Source: an uncultured Nitrospinota bacterium
GTDB taxonomy: Bacteria; Tectomicrobia; Entotheonellia; J063; CAVPRW01
NCBI GenBank assembly: GCA_963707985.1
Contig: CAVPRW010000009.1
Span: forward strand, 96,001 to 160,000
Length of the DNA stretch: 64,000 bases
Direction of reading: 5' to 3'
Shown piece after piece: positions 22,976 through 33,715 of the stretch (position 1 is the stretch's first letter; each line of letters opens with the position of its first letter). Both the position numbers and the translations under genes were made by a program. The notes beneath the pieces are model-generated. The model was not told the DNA's origin. It made no database searches and saw only the letters and a list, made by a program, of their open reading frames with translations.

Positions 22976-23770
22976 ATGGACCGCCGAGACATTTTACCCG
23001 AGCGTCCAGTCGAGAGGGGTCGTGGCTATATGCCTGGGGTCAGCGTGAATCCTTCGAGAGTGCTGTTCACAGCCGGGCTGACAGGGCGCAATCCCGACGG
23101 TAGCCTCGTCCCTGGAGGTATGGGTCCACAGACACATCGTGCTTTCGAGCGTTTGCAAGCGGTGTTGTCGCGGGCAGGGGCGAAATTCGAAGCTGCGATC
23201 AAACAACTGACGTATGTCACCGATCTTGACGCCTATACCGCTGATGGTCGGACAGAGCGTGCCAAGTTCTTCGGCAGCAGTCGATCGGCGTCGACGGGAT
23301 TGGTGGTGCGGCGCCTTGCTGATCCGGCCATGCTCATCGAGGTCGAGCTGGTGGTTGATGTCCAAGGCTCCCCACAGGGAAAACCCCTGCTGGAAAAATA
23401 CAACGCTGAAGATCACGGTGGAGATTTTTATCAGGGGATTATCGTCAATGGCGGCCGCCTGATTTATCTCGCTGGGCAGGTGGCGAACAACCCCGATGGT
23501 TCGGTGGCGGGGGTCGGCGACCTACGGCGTCAGGCCGAAAAGGTCTATGAAAACATCGCCCATGTGCTCCGTGCGGCAGGTGCCACGCCTGGCAGCGCGG
23601 TGAAGGAAACCACCTGGGTGTTGAGTATCGACACTTGGCGGCAGCAGGGCACACCCGTGCGTCGCGCCTTCTATAATGGCGATTATCCGGCTTCCACCCT
23701 GGTCGAAATTCAGGGTCTGGCGCGACCGGAGTTCCTCGTGGAAATCGAGTTGATCGCAGCGGTGGCATAA
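22976..23770 (+). CDS. Tandem two-domain Rid (YjgF/YER057c/UK114) family protein
   Basis: Two repeats: LFTAGLT...MLIEVE and IYLAGQV...PASTLVEIQGLARPEFLVEIE. Confidence 0.88.
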   Translation: MDRRDILPERPVERGRGYMPGVSVNPSRVLFTAGLTGRNPDGSLVPGGMGPQTHRAFERLQAVLSRAGAKFEAAIKQLTYVTDLDAYTADGRTERAKFFGSSRSASTGLVVRRLADPAMLIEVELVVDVQGSPQGKPLLEKYNAEDHGGDFYQGIIVNGGRLIYLAGQVANNPDGSVAGVGDLRRQAEKVYENIAHVLRAAGATPGSAVKETTWVLSIDTWRQQGTPVRRAFYNGDYPASTLVEIQGLARPEFLVEIELIAAVA

Positions 23771-23783
23771 AGGGGGGACCAAC

Positions 23784-24170
23784 ATGCCATTTAGTACGAT
23801 TACCACTCCTGAGGCCAGGCCCGTGGCGAACTATAAGATGGCGACGCGTCGGGAAGGGGGACAACTGCTGTACATCTCGGGCCAGGTGGCTCGGGACACC
23901 GATGGAAACGTCATCGGTAAGGGGGACATGCGCGCCCAGGCGCATCAGGTCTTCCAGAACCTCCGGCAAGTCTTGCAGGCGGCTGGTGGTGACCTCAAAG
24001 ACTTGATGAAGATCACCACCTATATCACCAACATCGAAGATTTTCCGGCGTTGGCCGAGGTGCGCAGTGTGGTCTTCCAGGGAGAACTACCGGCTAGCAC
24101 TTTGATCGTGGTCAAGAGCCTATTCAATCCGGATTTCTTGATCGAGGTCGAGGGAGTTGCGGCGATTTGA
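23784..24170 (+). CDS. Rid family protein
   Basis: LYISGQV...QVFQNL...PASTLIVVKSLFNPDFLIEVE. Confidence 0.9.
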   Translation: MPFSTITTPEARPVANYKMATRREGGQLLYISGQVARDTDGNVIGKGDMRAQAHQVFQNLRQVLQAAGGDLKDLMKITTYITNIEDFPALAEVRSVVFQGELPASTLIVVKSLFNPDFLIEVEGVAAI

Positions 24171-24275
24171 CGGGATTACCATGACAGATGCACTCCGGAT
24201 CAACACCCATCATCTGGGTGCAGATGTGTCCATCCGTGGTGGTGATCCTAATCGCTTTGTCCAAAGAGGTGACTG

Positions 24276-25061
24276 ATGACGCTTGCGGGAAAAGTGGCGA
24301 TTGTGACCGGGAGCTCACGTGGGATCGGCAAAGACATTGCCCTGGCGTTCGCCGCTGCGGGCGCGGATATCGTGGTCGCAGCGCGCTCGGAGAGCCAGCC
24401 CGACCCCCGACTTCCCGGTACCATTCATGAAACCGCACAAGAGGTGGAGGCCCTCGGCCGACGCGCCATCGCCGTCAAGACCGATGTCACCGACGAAGAG
24501 CAAATCGCGGCCATGGTGCAACGCACTCTCGACACCTTTGGACGCATCGACATCCTGGTGAATAACGCCGCCGTCCTGGTGCCGCGTGGCATCCTTGAGT
24601 TGCCTACCCGCCATCTCGACTTGCATTACCGCGTCAACATCAAAGGCCCTATCTTGTGTATACGGGCGGTGCTGCCCACGATGCTGCAGCAGGGCCAGGG
24701 CTGGATCATCAATATTTCTTCGAACGCCGCCATCTTCCCAGGGCCTGGTCCCTACACCGATGTCCGACCGGTTCGCGCCTTTATGTACGCGGCCACCAAG
24801 GCAGCCCTGGAGCGGCTCACCCAGGGGCTGGCGGTGGAGTACCAGGCGCAAGGCATTAGTGCCAATGTCCTCTCGCCTGTCGGCCGGGTGCGGACACCGG
24901 GCAATGTGTTTGGCATGACGCCGCCAGGTGGAACTCCGGAGCCGTTCGAGAAGGCCGAAGCGATGGGTAAAGCGGCGGTGTACATCGCCAGCCAACCGCC
25001 GCAATCGTTCACCGGGAATATCCTCTTCGACGAAGAGATGGTCCGGCAGTATCAATTGTAA
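24276..25061 (+). CDS. SDR oxidoreductase
   Basis: VTGSSRGIG, LPGTIHETA, ILVNNA, YAATK. Confidence 0.9.
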   Translation: MTLAGKVAIVTGSSRGIGKDIALAFAAAGADIVVAARSESQPDPRLPGTIHETAQEVEALGRRAIAVKTDVTDEEQIAAMVQRTLDTFGRIDILVNNAAVLVPRGILELPTRHLDLHYRVNIKGPILCIRAVLPTMLQQGQGWIINISSNAAIFPGPGPYTDVRPVRAFMYAATKAALERLTQGLAVEYQAQGISANVLSPVGRVRTPGNVFGMTPPGGTPEPFEKAEAMGKAAVYIASQPPQSFTGNILFDEEMVRQYQL

Positions 25062-25105
25062 GCCCCACGGCTAGGATCACCATCAGTATATGAAGGAGAG
25101 CCAGC

Positions 25106-26320
25106 GTGAACACTGATGATATCTTAATGTGTCCAGGTCCCAACGATATCGCTGACCGCGTCTTGCGGGCGATGATCCGTCCAGCAGCCTGTCCTGTGAC
25201 TCCGGAATTCCAGGAATTCTACGAACAGACGTTGGACATGCTGGCTGAGGTCTATCAGACCCGCAATCAGGTGGTGCCCCTCCCTGGTTCTGGCCGCAGT
25301 GGTGTGGAATCGGCGATCACCAGCGTCATCGAAGCGGGCGACCGGGCCCTGGTAATCATCTGTGGCACGTTTGGCCATCTGGCCGCACGGGTGGTCAATG
25401 GGGTGGGGGGACAGGCCGAAGTGGTAGAGTTCCCCTGGGGGGAACAGCTCGATGTGGGAGTGATCCGCGACAAGCTGGCGCAAGGGACCTATAAGCTGGT
25501 GACGATGGTGCACAACGAAACCTCCTCTGGAGCTGTGTACATGAACGCCGGGGAGGTCGCCAAACTGTCCCACGCGCACGGAGCGCTGTTTATGCTCGAT
25601 GCCATCTCCTCCCTCGGCGGTGCCGACCTTCCCACCGACACGTGGGAGGTTGATCTCTGTGTGTCGTGCAATCACAAGGCTATCGCCGCTCCCATCGGGC
25701 ATGCCTATGTGGCCGTGAGCGATCGCGCCTGGGATGTGATGGAGGGGCGCCGGGAGGCGTGCCGTAACATCTTCGGGGGCCTGCTCAACTGGAAAGCGCA
25801 ACCCCTCGATTCCCCCATCGACGGGCGGACTCTGCGACGCCCACAAGGCGTATTTTCCGCCGTACATCTGTTCTATGCCCTGCACGAGGCGCTCACCATG
25901 ATTCTGGAGGAGGGTTTGGAGGCACGCTTTGCACGGCACGTACTAAACGCCTGTGCCTTCCGAGAAGGGATCAAGGCCTTGGAGCTCCAGCCGTTGGCTA
26001 GACCAGAGCTCGCCTCTCCTACAGTGACCTGCATTCCATTACCTGAGGGGATGCAGTCCAGCGACTTTCTGCGGTCTCTGCAAAGCGATCATGGCATCTT
26101 CACGCTTCCCGGCCTCAGCCCCTATCGCGATACGGCCATTCGCATCGGCCACATGGGTGTCACGGCGATACCCCGCTGTGTCCTGCACACCTTGTACGCC
26201 ATTGAATCGGTCCTCGCGAAGATGGGATACAGGGTGGTTCCAGGAGCAGCTGTGAATCGCGCCGAGCAAGTGTATGCCGGAGCGGAGACACGGGAGCCAG
26301 TCAAGGCTGTGGCCTCCTAA
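25106..26320 (+). CDS. Class V PLP aminotransferase (alanine/serine-glyoxylate type)
   Basis: LMCPGP, VHNETSSG, LDAISSLGG, NHKAIAAPIG, IRIGHMG. Confidence 0.9.
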   Translation: MNTDDILMCPGPNDIADRVLRAMIRPAACPVTPEFQEFYEQTLDMLAEVYQTRNQVVPLPGSGRSGVESAITSVIEAGDRALVIICGTFGHLAARVVNGVGGQAEVVEFPWGEQLDVGVIRDKLAQGTYKLVTMVHNETSSGAVYMNAGEVAKLSHAHGALFMLDAISSLGGADLPTDTWEVDLCVSCNHKAIAAPIGHAYVAVSDRAWDVMEGRREACRNIFGGLLNWKAQPLDSPIDGRTLRRPQGVFSAVHLFYALHEALTMILEEGLEARFARHVLNACAFREGIKALELQPLARPELASPTVTCIPLPEGMQSSDFLRSLQSDHGIFTLPGLSPYRDTAIRIGHMGVTAIPRCVLHTLYAIESVLAKMGYRVVPGAAVNRAEQVYAGAETREPVKAVAS

Positions 26321-26555
26321 TTCAACACACACGTGTGGGGCAGTCATCATCGAAAAGTCTGGATCGAGTATGGGCGAGTCAGCCCCACACGCTGCCTTGG
26401 GCCCTCTATCGCGGTTCCCACTTGGATGAACTACGCTAAGATCCCAGGGGTCTGGAGGTATAACCCCCCTCAGAAGGGGTCGTGGCGCATGCGACTGGGA
26501 ACCGCTATAGGGGGGCCTGAAAGCCTGGAATCGCGGGACCGGAGTCCAACCAAAA

Positions 26556-26895
26556 CAGGTCATCATAAAGAATTTGCTCGATGATGCCCAATGTGACGAT
26601 CCAGTGCACGAATGGCGCTGGCCCGAAGGCAGACCGGGTCCATTGTGTGATCCCAAGCGCGCGATGAAGCGCGGCGGCGATGAACAAGCGCCCGCCCGAC
26701 AGCGTGATGCGTGTCACGCGTGCGACCAACGCGTTCATGCTTGAACGGACACCCTCTTCGCTGGGTGCCATCACCCGCTGAAGGGCTGCACGTTGTGCCT
26801 CTATGGCATGGGATAGAACCGGTCCAATGAGTCGATCGCCAAGGTCCTCAATCTGGATCGTCGCGAGGTTCAACAGATGACCGCCCACCTCCCTC
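26556..26895 (+). pseudogene. IS1595-like transposase N-terminal (Zn ribbon) remnant
   Basis: Manual translation IKNLLDDAQC...WRWPEG...RQRDACHACDQR...TDTLFAG...SNESIAKVL with in-frame stops. Confidence 0.6.
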
Positions 26896-27049
26896 TGTGG
26901 CATGCCTCTCTTGTCATCGAGGACCATGGGCCAGAGATCACGCTTTTCGCTGATATCCGAATTTCAGGATAGGGTACAAATTGCTTGCGGCAGACTCTCA
27001 TGTATGATAAAGGACGATATTATATGCCTATGGAACACGGCGGGGGACG

Positions 27050-27742
27050 ATGACAAGACCTGAACGTATCTCGTATAAATCCGTTTCCTGGCGTGCTTTA
27101 TACAACTGCCGGGGGCGAGGAGGTCATACCATATTGGGAGAGACGCCCACGTATGCAACCTACAGGGAAAGCTGTGGCACCCCCGAGAAGCCAAGCGTAT
27201 CACTGAACAGCGCTTCGGTGGACTGGTCACAACAGAAGACCACCCCTGACCAGGCCTGCATAGAGGCTGTCCTCAATACCTTAGCGGTGACTGGCGCGTC
27301 TATCCTCCACGTGGGAGTGGGGAATTCCAAGTTGGCCCAACGGTTTGCGGGCCGGGCTCACCTCGTCGATGGCCTGACGGTGCACCAGAATGAAAAGATC
27401 CATGCAGATGCCCTGGGGATTCCCAATTACACCGTGTATGTACTCAATAAGCACAGTCAGGAGTTCGTCTCAGTTATCACCAACGTATATGATTTTGTCA
27501 TTGATAACAATCTGTCGTTTTTCGCCTGCTGCAAATATCATTTTTATGTCATGATCGAGAATTATCTATGGGCATTAACATTTGAGGGGAGGATCTTGAC
27601 GTGCCAGATTGGTATGGACGTGTGCAATGACGATTTGGGGTGGGTCATGACGTATGCAGATCTGGTAAGTCTAGAGAGTAAGTTCCCAGTGCACGTGTCG
27701 AAGATGACAGACGTGGTCTATGCGATTGCCAAAAAGCCATGA
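27050..27742 (+). CDS. Hypothetical protein with methyltransferase-like segment
   Basis: ILHVGVGNS glycine loop, YDFVIDNN; AT-richer than flanks. Confidence 0.55.
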   Translation: MTRPERISYKSVSWRALYNCRGRGGHTILGETPTYATYRESCGTPEKPSVSLNSASVDWSQQKTTPDQACIEAVLNTLAVTGASILHVGVGNSKLAQRFAGRAHLVDGLTVHQNEKIHADALGIPNYTVYVLNKHSQEFVSVITNVYDFVIDNNLSFFACCKYHFYVMIENYLWALTFEGRILTCQIGMDVCNDDLGWVMTYADLVSLESKFPVHVSKMTDVVYAIAKKP

Positions 27743-27919
27743 CATTGCTGAGGACAGGCGCCGGATTCGAGGGGAGTTGGGGGCCAGTTGTCAAGGTCTA
27801 TGAGGCCTCTCGCACACGACCTTTCAACCGCGATAGGAGATAGCTCGTGCTTACCGAGCAGAGGCAGTGCCCTGCATTCTCCGACAACAGCTTAGCTCAA
27901 CCTGTGGAGGTCCCCTGTC

Positions 27920-28979
27920 ATGCCTAAGGTGAATGTCGGTGTGGTAGGGTGCGGTGAGGTAGCACGGCGTATTTATCTCCCGGAATTCCACCGCATCCAC
28001 GACAAGGCTGTGCTGGTTGCCGTCTGCGATCTTGCAGAAGCCCGTGCGAAAGAAGCCAAGGAGCGATTTGGTGCGCAAGGTGTACTATACCGATCTGGAC
28101 CGGTTTCTGCGCGAGAGTGACACCGAAATCGTGCTCAATCTGACCCCCCATAAAGCGCATGTACCAGTGTCCAGAGCAGCCCTTCAGGCTGGCAGGCACG
28201 TCTATACCGAGAAGGTCATGGCCCAGTCCCTGGATGATGCGACGGAGTTGATCGATGTCGCGAATGCCCAGCACGTCAAGTTCGCCTGTGCCCCGGTCAC
28301 GCTGTTGTTGCCCACGCAGCGCCGATGGCAAGAGCTGATCCGCGAGGGGACGATCGGTCGCGTCACCTTCGCACGCGCGCAGGCACTGTATCCGCCCATC
28401 TGGGAAGATTTCCCGCCGGAGCACGTGTGGTATTTCGCAGCGGGCAGCGGACCCTTGATGGACATGGGTGTGTATCCGCTCACAGCCCTAACGGGCCTCT
28501 TCGGTCCGGCGATGCGGGTCAGTGCTATGGCCAGGACCATCATGCACGAGCGCGTCATCGGAGATGGTCCCGCCGCCGGCAGACGCTTCCCCACGGAAGT
28601 GGAGGACTCCGTACACCTCCAAGTGGACTTCGGAAGGTTTTTCGCGTCGGTCGATCTTTCGTGGTGTGTGCAGGCTACCTGCAACCAGCCGTTCGAAGTC
28701 TACGGCGAGTACGGGACGTTGTCTGGCGACCCGACGTATGCCAATACCCCCATCCATATTTTTCGAGCGAATCAAGCATGGTGCGTTGAAGAACCCATCC
28801 AGCGCTTGCCCCGTAATGACGATTGGTTTCAAGGGGTCGCTCATCTCGTGGATTGCGTGTTGGACAACACCGAGCCGGTCAATAGCGCGACCCACGCGCG
28901 CCACGTGCTGGACATCATGCTCACGGCGCTTCGTGCCGCGCAGGAAGGGCGGGCGCTCGCACTGCAGACGACCTTCTGA
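27920..28979 (+). pseudogene. Gfo/Idh/MocA oxidoreductase, single frameshift near 28075 (possibly an assembly error)
   Basis: VGVVGCGEVA...AVCD in one frame; HVYTEK, GPLMDMGVY in the next. Confidence 0.85.
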
Positions 28980-28997
28980 AGAGGAGCGGATGACGCA

Positions 28998-29756
28998 ATG
29001 AAACTGCAGGGCAAAGTGGCGCTGGTCACAGGTGGGTTGCGGGGGATCGGCCGCGCCATCGCCGTGGCGATGGCACAAGCAGGAGCGGATATTCTCATCG
29101 CAGGCCTGTCCATGGACACGGCTGCCCAGACTGAGGCGGAGATACAGGCGCTGGGGCGCCGATGTGCCATCGTGCATGCAGATGTGTCCAATGAGGACGC
29201 AGTCAAAGAGCTGATGGCCACCATTCTTCGCAACTATAGCAGACTGGATATTCTGGTCAACAACGCCGGCATCGCCCCCTTTAAGCCGATTGAAGGCTTG
29301 ACCTTGACGGAGTTCTCTCGGGTTTTAGACGTGAATCTAAAAGGGCCATGGCTCTGCGCCAAGTATGCCTTGCCTGAGTTGAAGCGTAGTCATGGGGTGA
29401 TCCTCAACATCACCTCCACGTCTGGGCACTATGGTGGCGCCAGCTCCGGCGGCAGCGCGTATGACACAAGTAAAGGCGGGCTGCAGCAGCTGACATACTC
29501 GCTGGCAGCAGAATTCGGCCCGTACGGTATCCGCGTGAACGCCATCGCACCGGGCACAATTATCACCGAGCGGGTGGGAGGCCAGGCGCTCGTCGAGTCG
29601 GAGCTTGGTCAAGGTGAACTCGCCCGCACACCGTTACGTCGACTGGGCATTCCTGAGGACATTGCCAATGTGGCGGTCTTTTTGGCCTGCAATGAGTCTT
29701 CGTATATCAATGGAACGACGATCATTCTCGATGGCGGCACCATGGCCGTGTGGTGA
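28998..29756 (+). CDS. SDR oxidoreductase (FabG-like)
   Basis: VTGGLRGIG, NNAG, YDTSK, VNAIAPG. Confidence 0.92.
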   Translation: MKLQGKVALVTGGLRGIGRAIAVAMAQAGADILIAGLSMDTAAQTEAEIQALGRRCAIVHADVSNEDAVKELMATILRNYSRLDILVNNAGIAPFKPIEGLTLTEFSRVLDVNLKGPWLCAKYALPELKRSHGVILNITSTSGHYGGASSGGSAYDTSKGGLQQLTYSLAAEFGPYGIRVNAIAPGTIITERVGGQALVESELGQGELARTPLRRLGIPEDIANVAVFLACNESSYINGTTIILDGGTMAVW

Positions 29757-30080
29757 CGAATTCGAAACGGATGCAGTCCAAACACTCGATCGTCGTATTC
29801 ACGGGTGACGTTCACTGCTGACGGATCTCCAGGTGCCCCCTGGCATTTGGGATTGACCTGATGGAGGTGCTCTCTTCTCTCTTGGCGCTTGTGGATAAAG
29901 AAGCTGAGGGATAAGTCTGCGGATCTGCTCGTCGACGTGCAGGGCTGCACATGCTCTCGCCCCCTGATACGGTACGCGCTTGCCATCGGTAGGACCTACA
30001 GAGGGACACTGCGATGTAACCCGGTAGTTGTGCTCTCATGACGTCAGTATTTCCGCTTCCCTTATCTGCCCCAGTATTTG

Positions 30081-30098
30081 GCCCTAACCTAGCGAAGG
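30081..30098 (+). repeat. Isolated copy of the terminal repeat seen at 2440
   Basis: GCCCTAACCTAGCGAAGG identical to 2440-2457. Confidence 0.65.
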
Positions 30099-30149
30099 CC
30101 AAACGTTCGACGAAGTCCAACCATGCCAGCCCTCATAGGGGCTTCCTTT

Positions 30150-30966
30150 CGCGATCGCGCGCTTTTGCCCCGGCAACCAGCTCGCCGATACGGTGATGAA
30201 AGCGCTGTCACAGGTGGTCCCGGAGAAGGTGGCCTCGGGCCTCGGCAATCTGCGCGTCATCGCCTTTTCGGGTATTCGCGCCGAAACGCATTGGGTACAT
30301 ATGGAGATCTTCGAAGGTGCCTACGGCGGCCGCTACGGGATGGACGGCATGGACTCCATCGACACTTTGTATGCCAATGCTCGCAACAACCCCATCGAGG
30401 AACTCGAATCGCACCTGCCACTGCGAATCGAGCGTTATGAGGTGCGTGACGACGTCTGTCCCGCTGGCCAATGGCGGGGCGGGCTAGGGTCAATCCGGGA
30501 GTTTACCTTCCTGGAAGACGGGGGCGCGCCGATCGAGGGCGAAGGTCACGTCTTTGCTCCATGGGGATTTGCCGGTGGGCATGACGGCGCCACCGCCCGT
30601 GTCACGCTGCACAAAGCCGATGGCACCGAGCCGGCCATCCCCTCGAAGATGCCTTATCGCGCCGCCGCGCAAGGGGATACTTTCATCGTCGTCGGGCCTG
30701 CTGGGGGCGGCTATGGCGACCCCGGGAAGCGTGAGCCGGAACGGGTGCTGAGCGACGTGCTCGACGGCTTCATGACGCGCGAGCAGGCCCGTATCGATTA
30801 CGACGTGGTGATCCGCGACGATCTGACCATCGACCATGCGGCGACGGCGATGCTGCGTCGCGGGGCTCTCGACGCCGATGAGGCGTACGCTGGGCGGCAG
30901 ACGGAGGCGAATCGGACGCTGGCGATGCCTCTGCCAGGATGCTGGGTGGGAGGTGCGGTGTGCTGA
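30150..30966 (+). pseudogene. Hydantoinase B/oxoprolinase family, 5'-truncated
   Basis: IARFCPGNQLADTVMKAL...GAYGG...NNPIEELE...GQWRGGLG...GGGYGDP; N-terminal half absent. Confidence 0.85.
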
Positions 30967-31856
30967 GGGTGCCCTGGCCCAACGCGTTGGGCCAGGTGCA
31001 AGGCTCCGATGACTCCAGACTTGTCTCCCAGCGCTGGTGCGACAATGTATGATTCAAAGTCGCTCGCACTCTTGAGACGTGGCAAGTAGCCATTCAACGT
31101 CCGTGCACAGGCCGAACGGATATGCGGGAGAATGGATAGTTGATGCATCACCCCACCGCCGATGATGATCCGCTGTGGTGAGAGGATGGTGATGATAGTC
31201 GCCAGAGCTTGCCCCAGATACAGCGCTTCGAGAGTCCAGGCCTCATGTTGTGGGGGCAGCCTCTCCGGCGCTCCAAAGCGTACTGAGATGGCGTGGCCAC
31301 TAGCCAATCCCTCTAGACAATCCTCATGAAACGGACAACCGCTCGGGCGCGTGTCATGAGGCACTCGCGCCACGAGCATATGCCCCATTTCCGGATGCAT
31401 CAGCCCATGGAGAGGACGTCCACGGATCATAGCGCCACCACCGATGCCGGTACCGACGGTCAGATAGACTAGGGGATCGTTTCCCCGTCCCGCCCCGTAA
31501 GTCGCCTCAGCCATGGCTGCCGCGTTGACGTCGGTGTCGACGGCCACCGGCACCCCCAAAGCGGTCTCTAGAATGTGGACGATCGGGCACTCCCGCCAGG
31601 CGAGCTTCGGTGTCGAAAGGATGTGGCCGTACGTAGGTGAGTTCCGATCGAGATCGATCGGGCCAAATGTCGCCAGACCAAGATGCTGTATTGCATAAGA
31701 TTGGAAGAAGGCGATCACCTGGTTTAACGTCGCCGTCGGCGTCGTGGTGGGAATCATGGTCGAGGCTTGAATGGCTTGGGGCGCCTGCCCTACCGCGCAG
31801 ACGAATTTCGTCCCTCCCGCTTCGATGCCGCCATAAAGGCGCGATGTTGCTGCCAT
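30798..31856 (-). CDS. ROK family sugar kinase (fructokinase-like); C-terminal extension probably spurious
   Basis: GGIEAGGTKFVCAVG, DTDVNAAA, YLTVGTGIGGG, HPEMGH, CPFHEDCLEGLASG. Confidence 0.9.
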   Translation of the reverse strand: MAATSRLYGGIEAGGTKFVCAVGQAPQAIQASTMIPTTTPTATLNQVIAFFQSYAIQHLGLATFGPIDLDRNSPTYGHILSTPKLAWRECPIVHILETALGVPVAVDTDVNAAAMAEATYGAGRGNDPLVYLTVGTGIGGGAMIRGRPLHGLMHPEMGHMLVARVPHDTRPSGCPFHEDCLEGLASGHAISVRFGAPERLPPQHEAWTLEALYLGQALATIITILSPQRIIIGGGVMHQLSILPHIRSACARTLNGYLPRLKSASDFESYIVAPALGDKSGVIGALHLAQRVGPGHPQHTAPPTQHPGRGIASVRFASVCRPAYASSASRAPRRSIAVAAWSMVRSSRITTS

Positions 31857-32283
31857 ACCTCCCCTCCATTCTGCACCTGCGACTTATGTCCTATCTCCAC
31901 CATCGTGCGATATCACCGAGCGCAGATCAACCATATGGTTCGGCAGACCTTCGGAGGTGGTCATGCCTTGGTGGCAATTCGTCGCGATTATTGGCATTGT
32001 GGTTAGCGGGATGATTCTCATCCCTCGATTCAGTTTTTTTGTTCGTTTGACAAAGGCTGTGTGGTTGGATCGTATTCGGGAGAGCACGCTCTTTCCGCTG
32101 GGCGTCGCTGCCGAAGCTATGACCTCCGAGGTCTGTCCGATCCGGAGGCACCTGCTTGTATTCCGCATCGCCCTGCTTGGTCTCTTGTTCCTTGGTTATG
32201 CTGCTTTGGGTTGTCCAGGTCGAATTGGCTATAGATTGGCTATAGTCTGACGCCCGCCGACCTTCGTCCATGGAATGTGAGAG

Positions 32284-32511
32284 ATGGAACCTCCCCAGGC
32301 TATCGACCAGATGGTTCCCTATTGCGCTGTGGTTCATGCCCCTCGCCGTCAGCATCCCACCATGCTCCATTCACTTGAGGTGATTCTGGCCATAACGATC
32401 CTGGCGACTATCTGCGGTGCCCACAACTGGGTGGAGAACGAACCGTGGGGACATGCGCACGACCAGTGGCTCTCAGAGTTTTTGGACCTCACCTACGGCA
32501 TTCCATTATAA
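32284..32511 (+). pseudogene. ISAs1-family transposase N-terminal fragment
   Basis: PRRQHPTMLHSLEVILAITILATICGAHNW...WLSEFLDLTYGIP. Confidence 0.75.
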
Positions 32512-32610
32512 TGTACCTCAAAATTTGGACCACTGAATAGGTTAGGAGCAGGGACCGTGGAGGGGCATGCATCGATGACGACGTTTGAGACCTGGGACAG
32601 GAGGGCAGAT

Positions 32611-33696
32611 ATGAATCGGCAGTGGGTACTGGCACGAAAACCCCCTGGAGGGTTGCCAACGGACGAAGACTTCAGCATGATCGAAACGCTAATCCGCGAG
32701 CCTGGCCCAAACCAGATGCTGACGCGGACGATTTACCTGTCGCTCGACCCATATCAGTGGGGCCGCAGACGGAGCGGGCTAGAGGAGGTGGGTGAGGTAT
32801 GCCATGGACGGACCGTCTCGCAAGTAGTCAAGAGCCGGCTGCCCGAGTATACGGAAGGTGACTTCGTCTTCAATACGAATGGCTGGCAAACCCATGGACT
32901 CACAGGAGAAGGGATCTCGGTGTTCGGATATATGGTGCCGCGTAAGCTCGACCCCGCCCAGGCACCTATCTCCACGGCTGTAGGCATTATGGGCATGCTG
33001 GGTCTGACCGCCTATTCAGGGATGGTGGTGCAATGTCGCCCTCAGGGCGCTGAAACTGTGGTGGTGTCGGCCGCCTCGGGCGGGGTGGGCCAGATTGCCG
33101 GACAATTGGCAAAGATTTTCGGCTGTCGTGTGGTAGGCATTGCGGGCATCCAGGAGAAATGTGATTTTGTCACCAATGTCCTTGGATTCGATGCCTGTGT
33201 GTCACATAAGAGCGCCACCCTGGCAGAAGATCTCCGAGATGCGTGCCCGACTGGGATCGACGTGTATTTTGAAAACGTCGGCGGTCAAGTATTCGCCGCT
33301 GTGCTGCCATTGCTCAATCGACAGTCGCGCGTGAGCCTCTGCGGACTTGTCTCGCAGTATAGCGCGACGACATCAGGCGATGCACATGACGCCTGGATGG
33401 CTCAAGGTGCGCCTTTTTTCGAGCGGCAGCATGTCGAGGTGCACCGACTGCATGTGCGCGATTTCGTCCGTGAACACCAGACACACTTTTTCGAGCAGAT
33501 GGCCAATTGGATCCGTGCTGGTAAAATCAAATATAAAGAGGACTTGTGGCCGGGGCTTGAGCAGGCTCCAAAGGCCTTCAGAGCCATGTTGGAGGGCGGC
33601 AATTTTGGCAAGACCCTGGTGGGTGTGGGCGACGACCCCACGCTCGACGCGGCCCTGAAGGCGCGACGGGCCGGCACCAATGTCTTGCAAGGCTAA
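32611..33696 (+). CDS. NADP-dependent alkenal/double-bond reductase (CurA/PTGR-like MDR)
   Basis: YLSLDPY, GMLGLTAY, VSAASGGVG, GIDVYFENVGG, GGNFGK. Confidence 0.9.
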   Translation: MNRQWVLARKPPGGLPTDEDFSMIETLIREPGPNQMLTRTIYLSLDPYQWGRRRSGLEEVGEVCHGRTVSQVVKSRLPEYTEGDFVFNTNGWQTHGLTGEGISVFGYMVPRKLDPAQAPISTAVGIMGMLGLTAYSGMVVQCRPQGAETVVVSAASGGVGQIAGQLAKIFGCRVVGIAGIQEKCDFVTNVLGFDACVSHKSATLAEDLRDACPTGIDVYFENVGGQVFAAVLPLLNRQSRVSLCGLVSQYSATTSGDAHDAWMAQGAPFFERQHVEVHRLHVRDFVREHQTHFFEQMANWIRAGKIKYKEDLWPGLEQAPKAFRAMLEGGNFGKTLVGVGDDPTLDAALKARRAGTNVLQG

Positions 33697-33715
33697 GGGG
33701 AGAGGGCATTCAACC

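Noticed and set aside
30798..30966. Convergent overlap of the ROK kinase and hydantoinase B ORFs as a functional antisense overlap
   Set aside because: Both overlapping tails lie beyond the conserved domains and one gene is a fragment; most likely loss of the original stops at a junction
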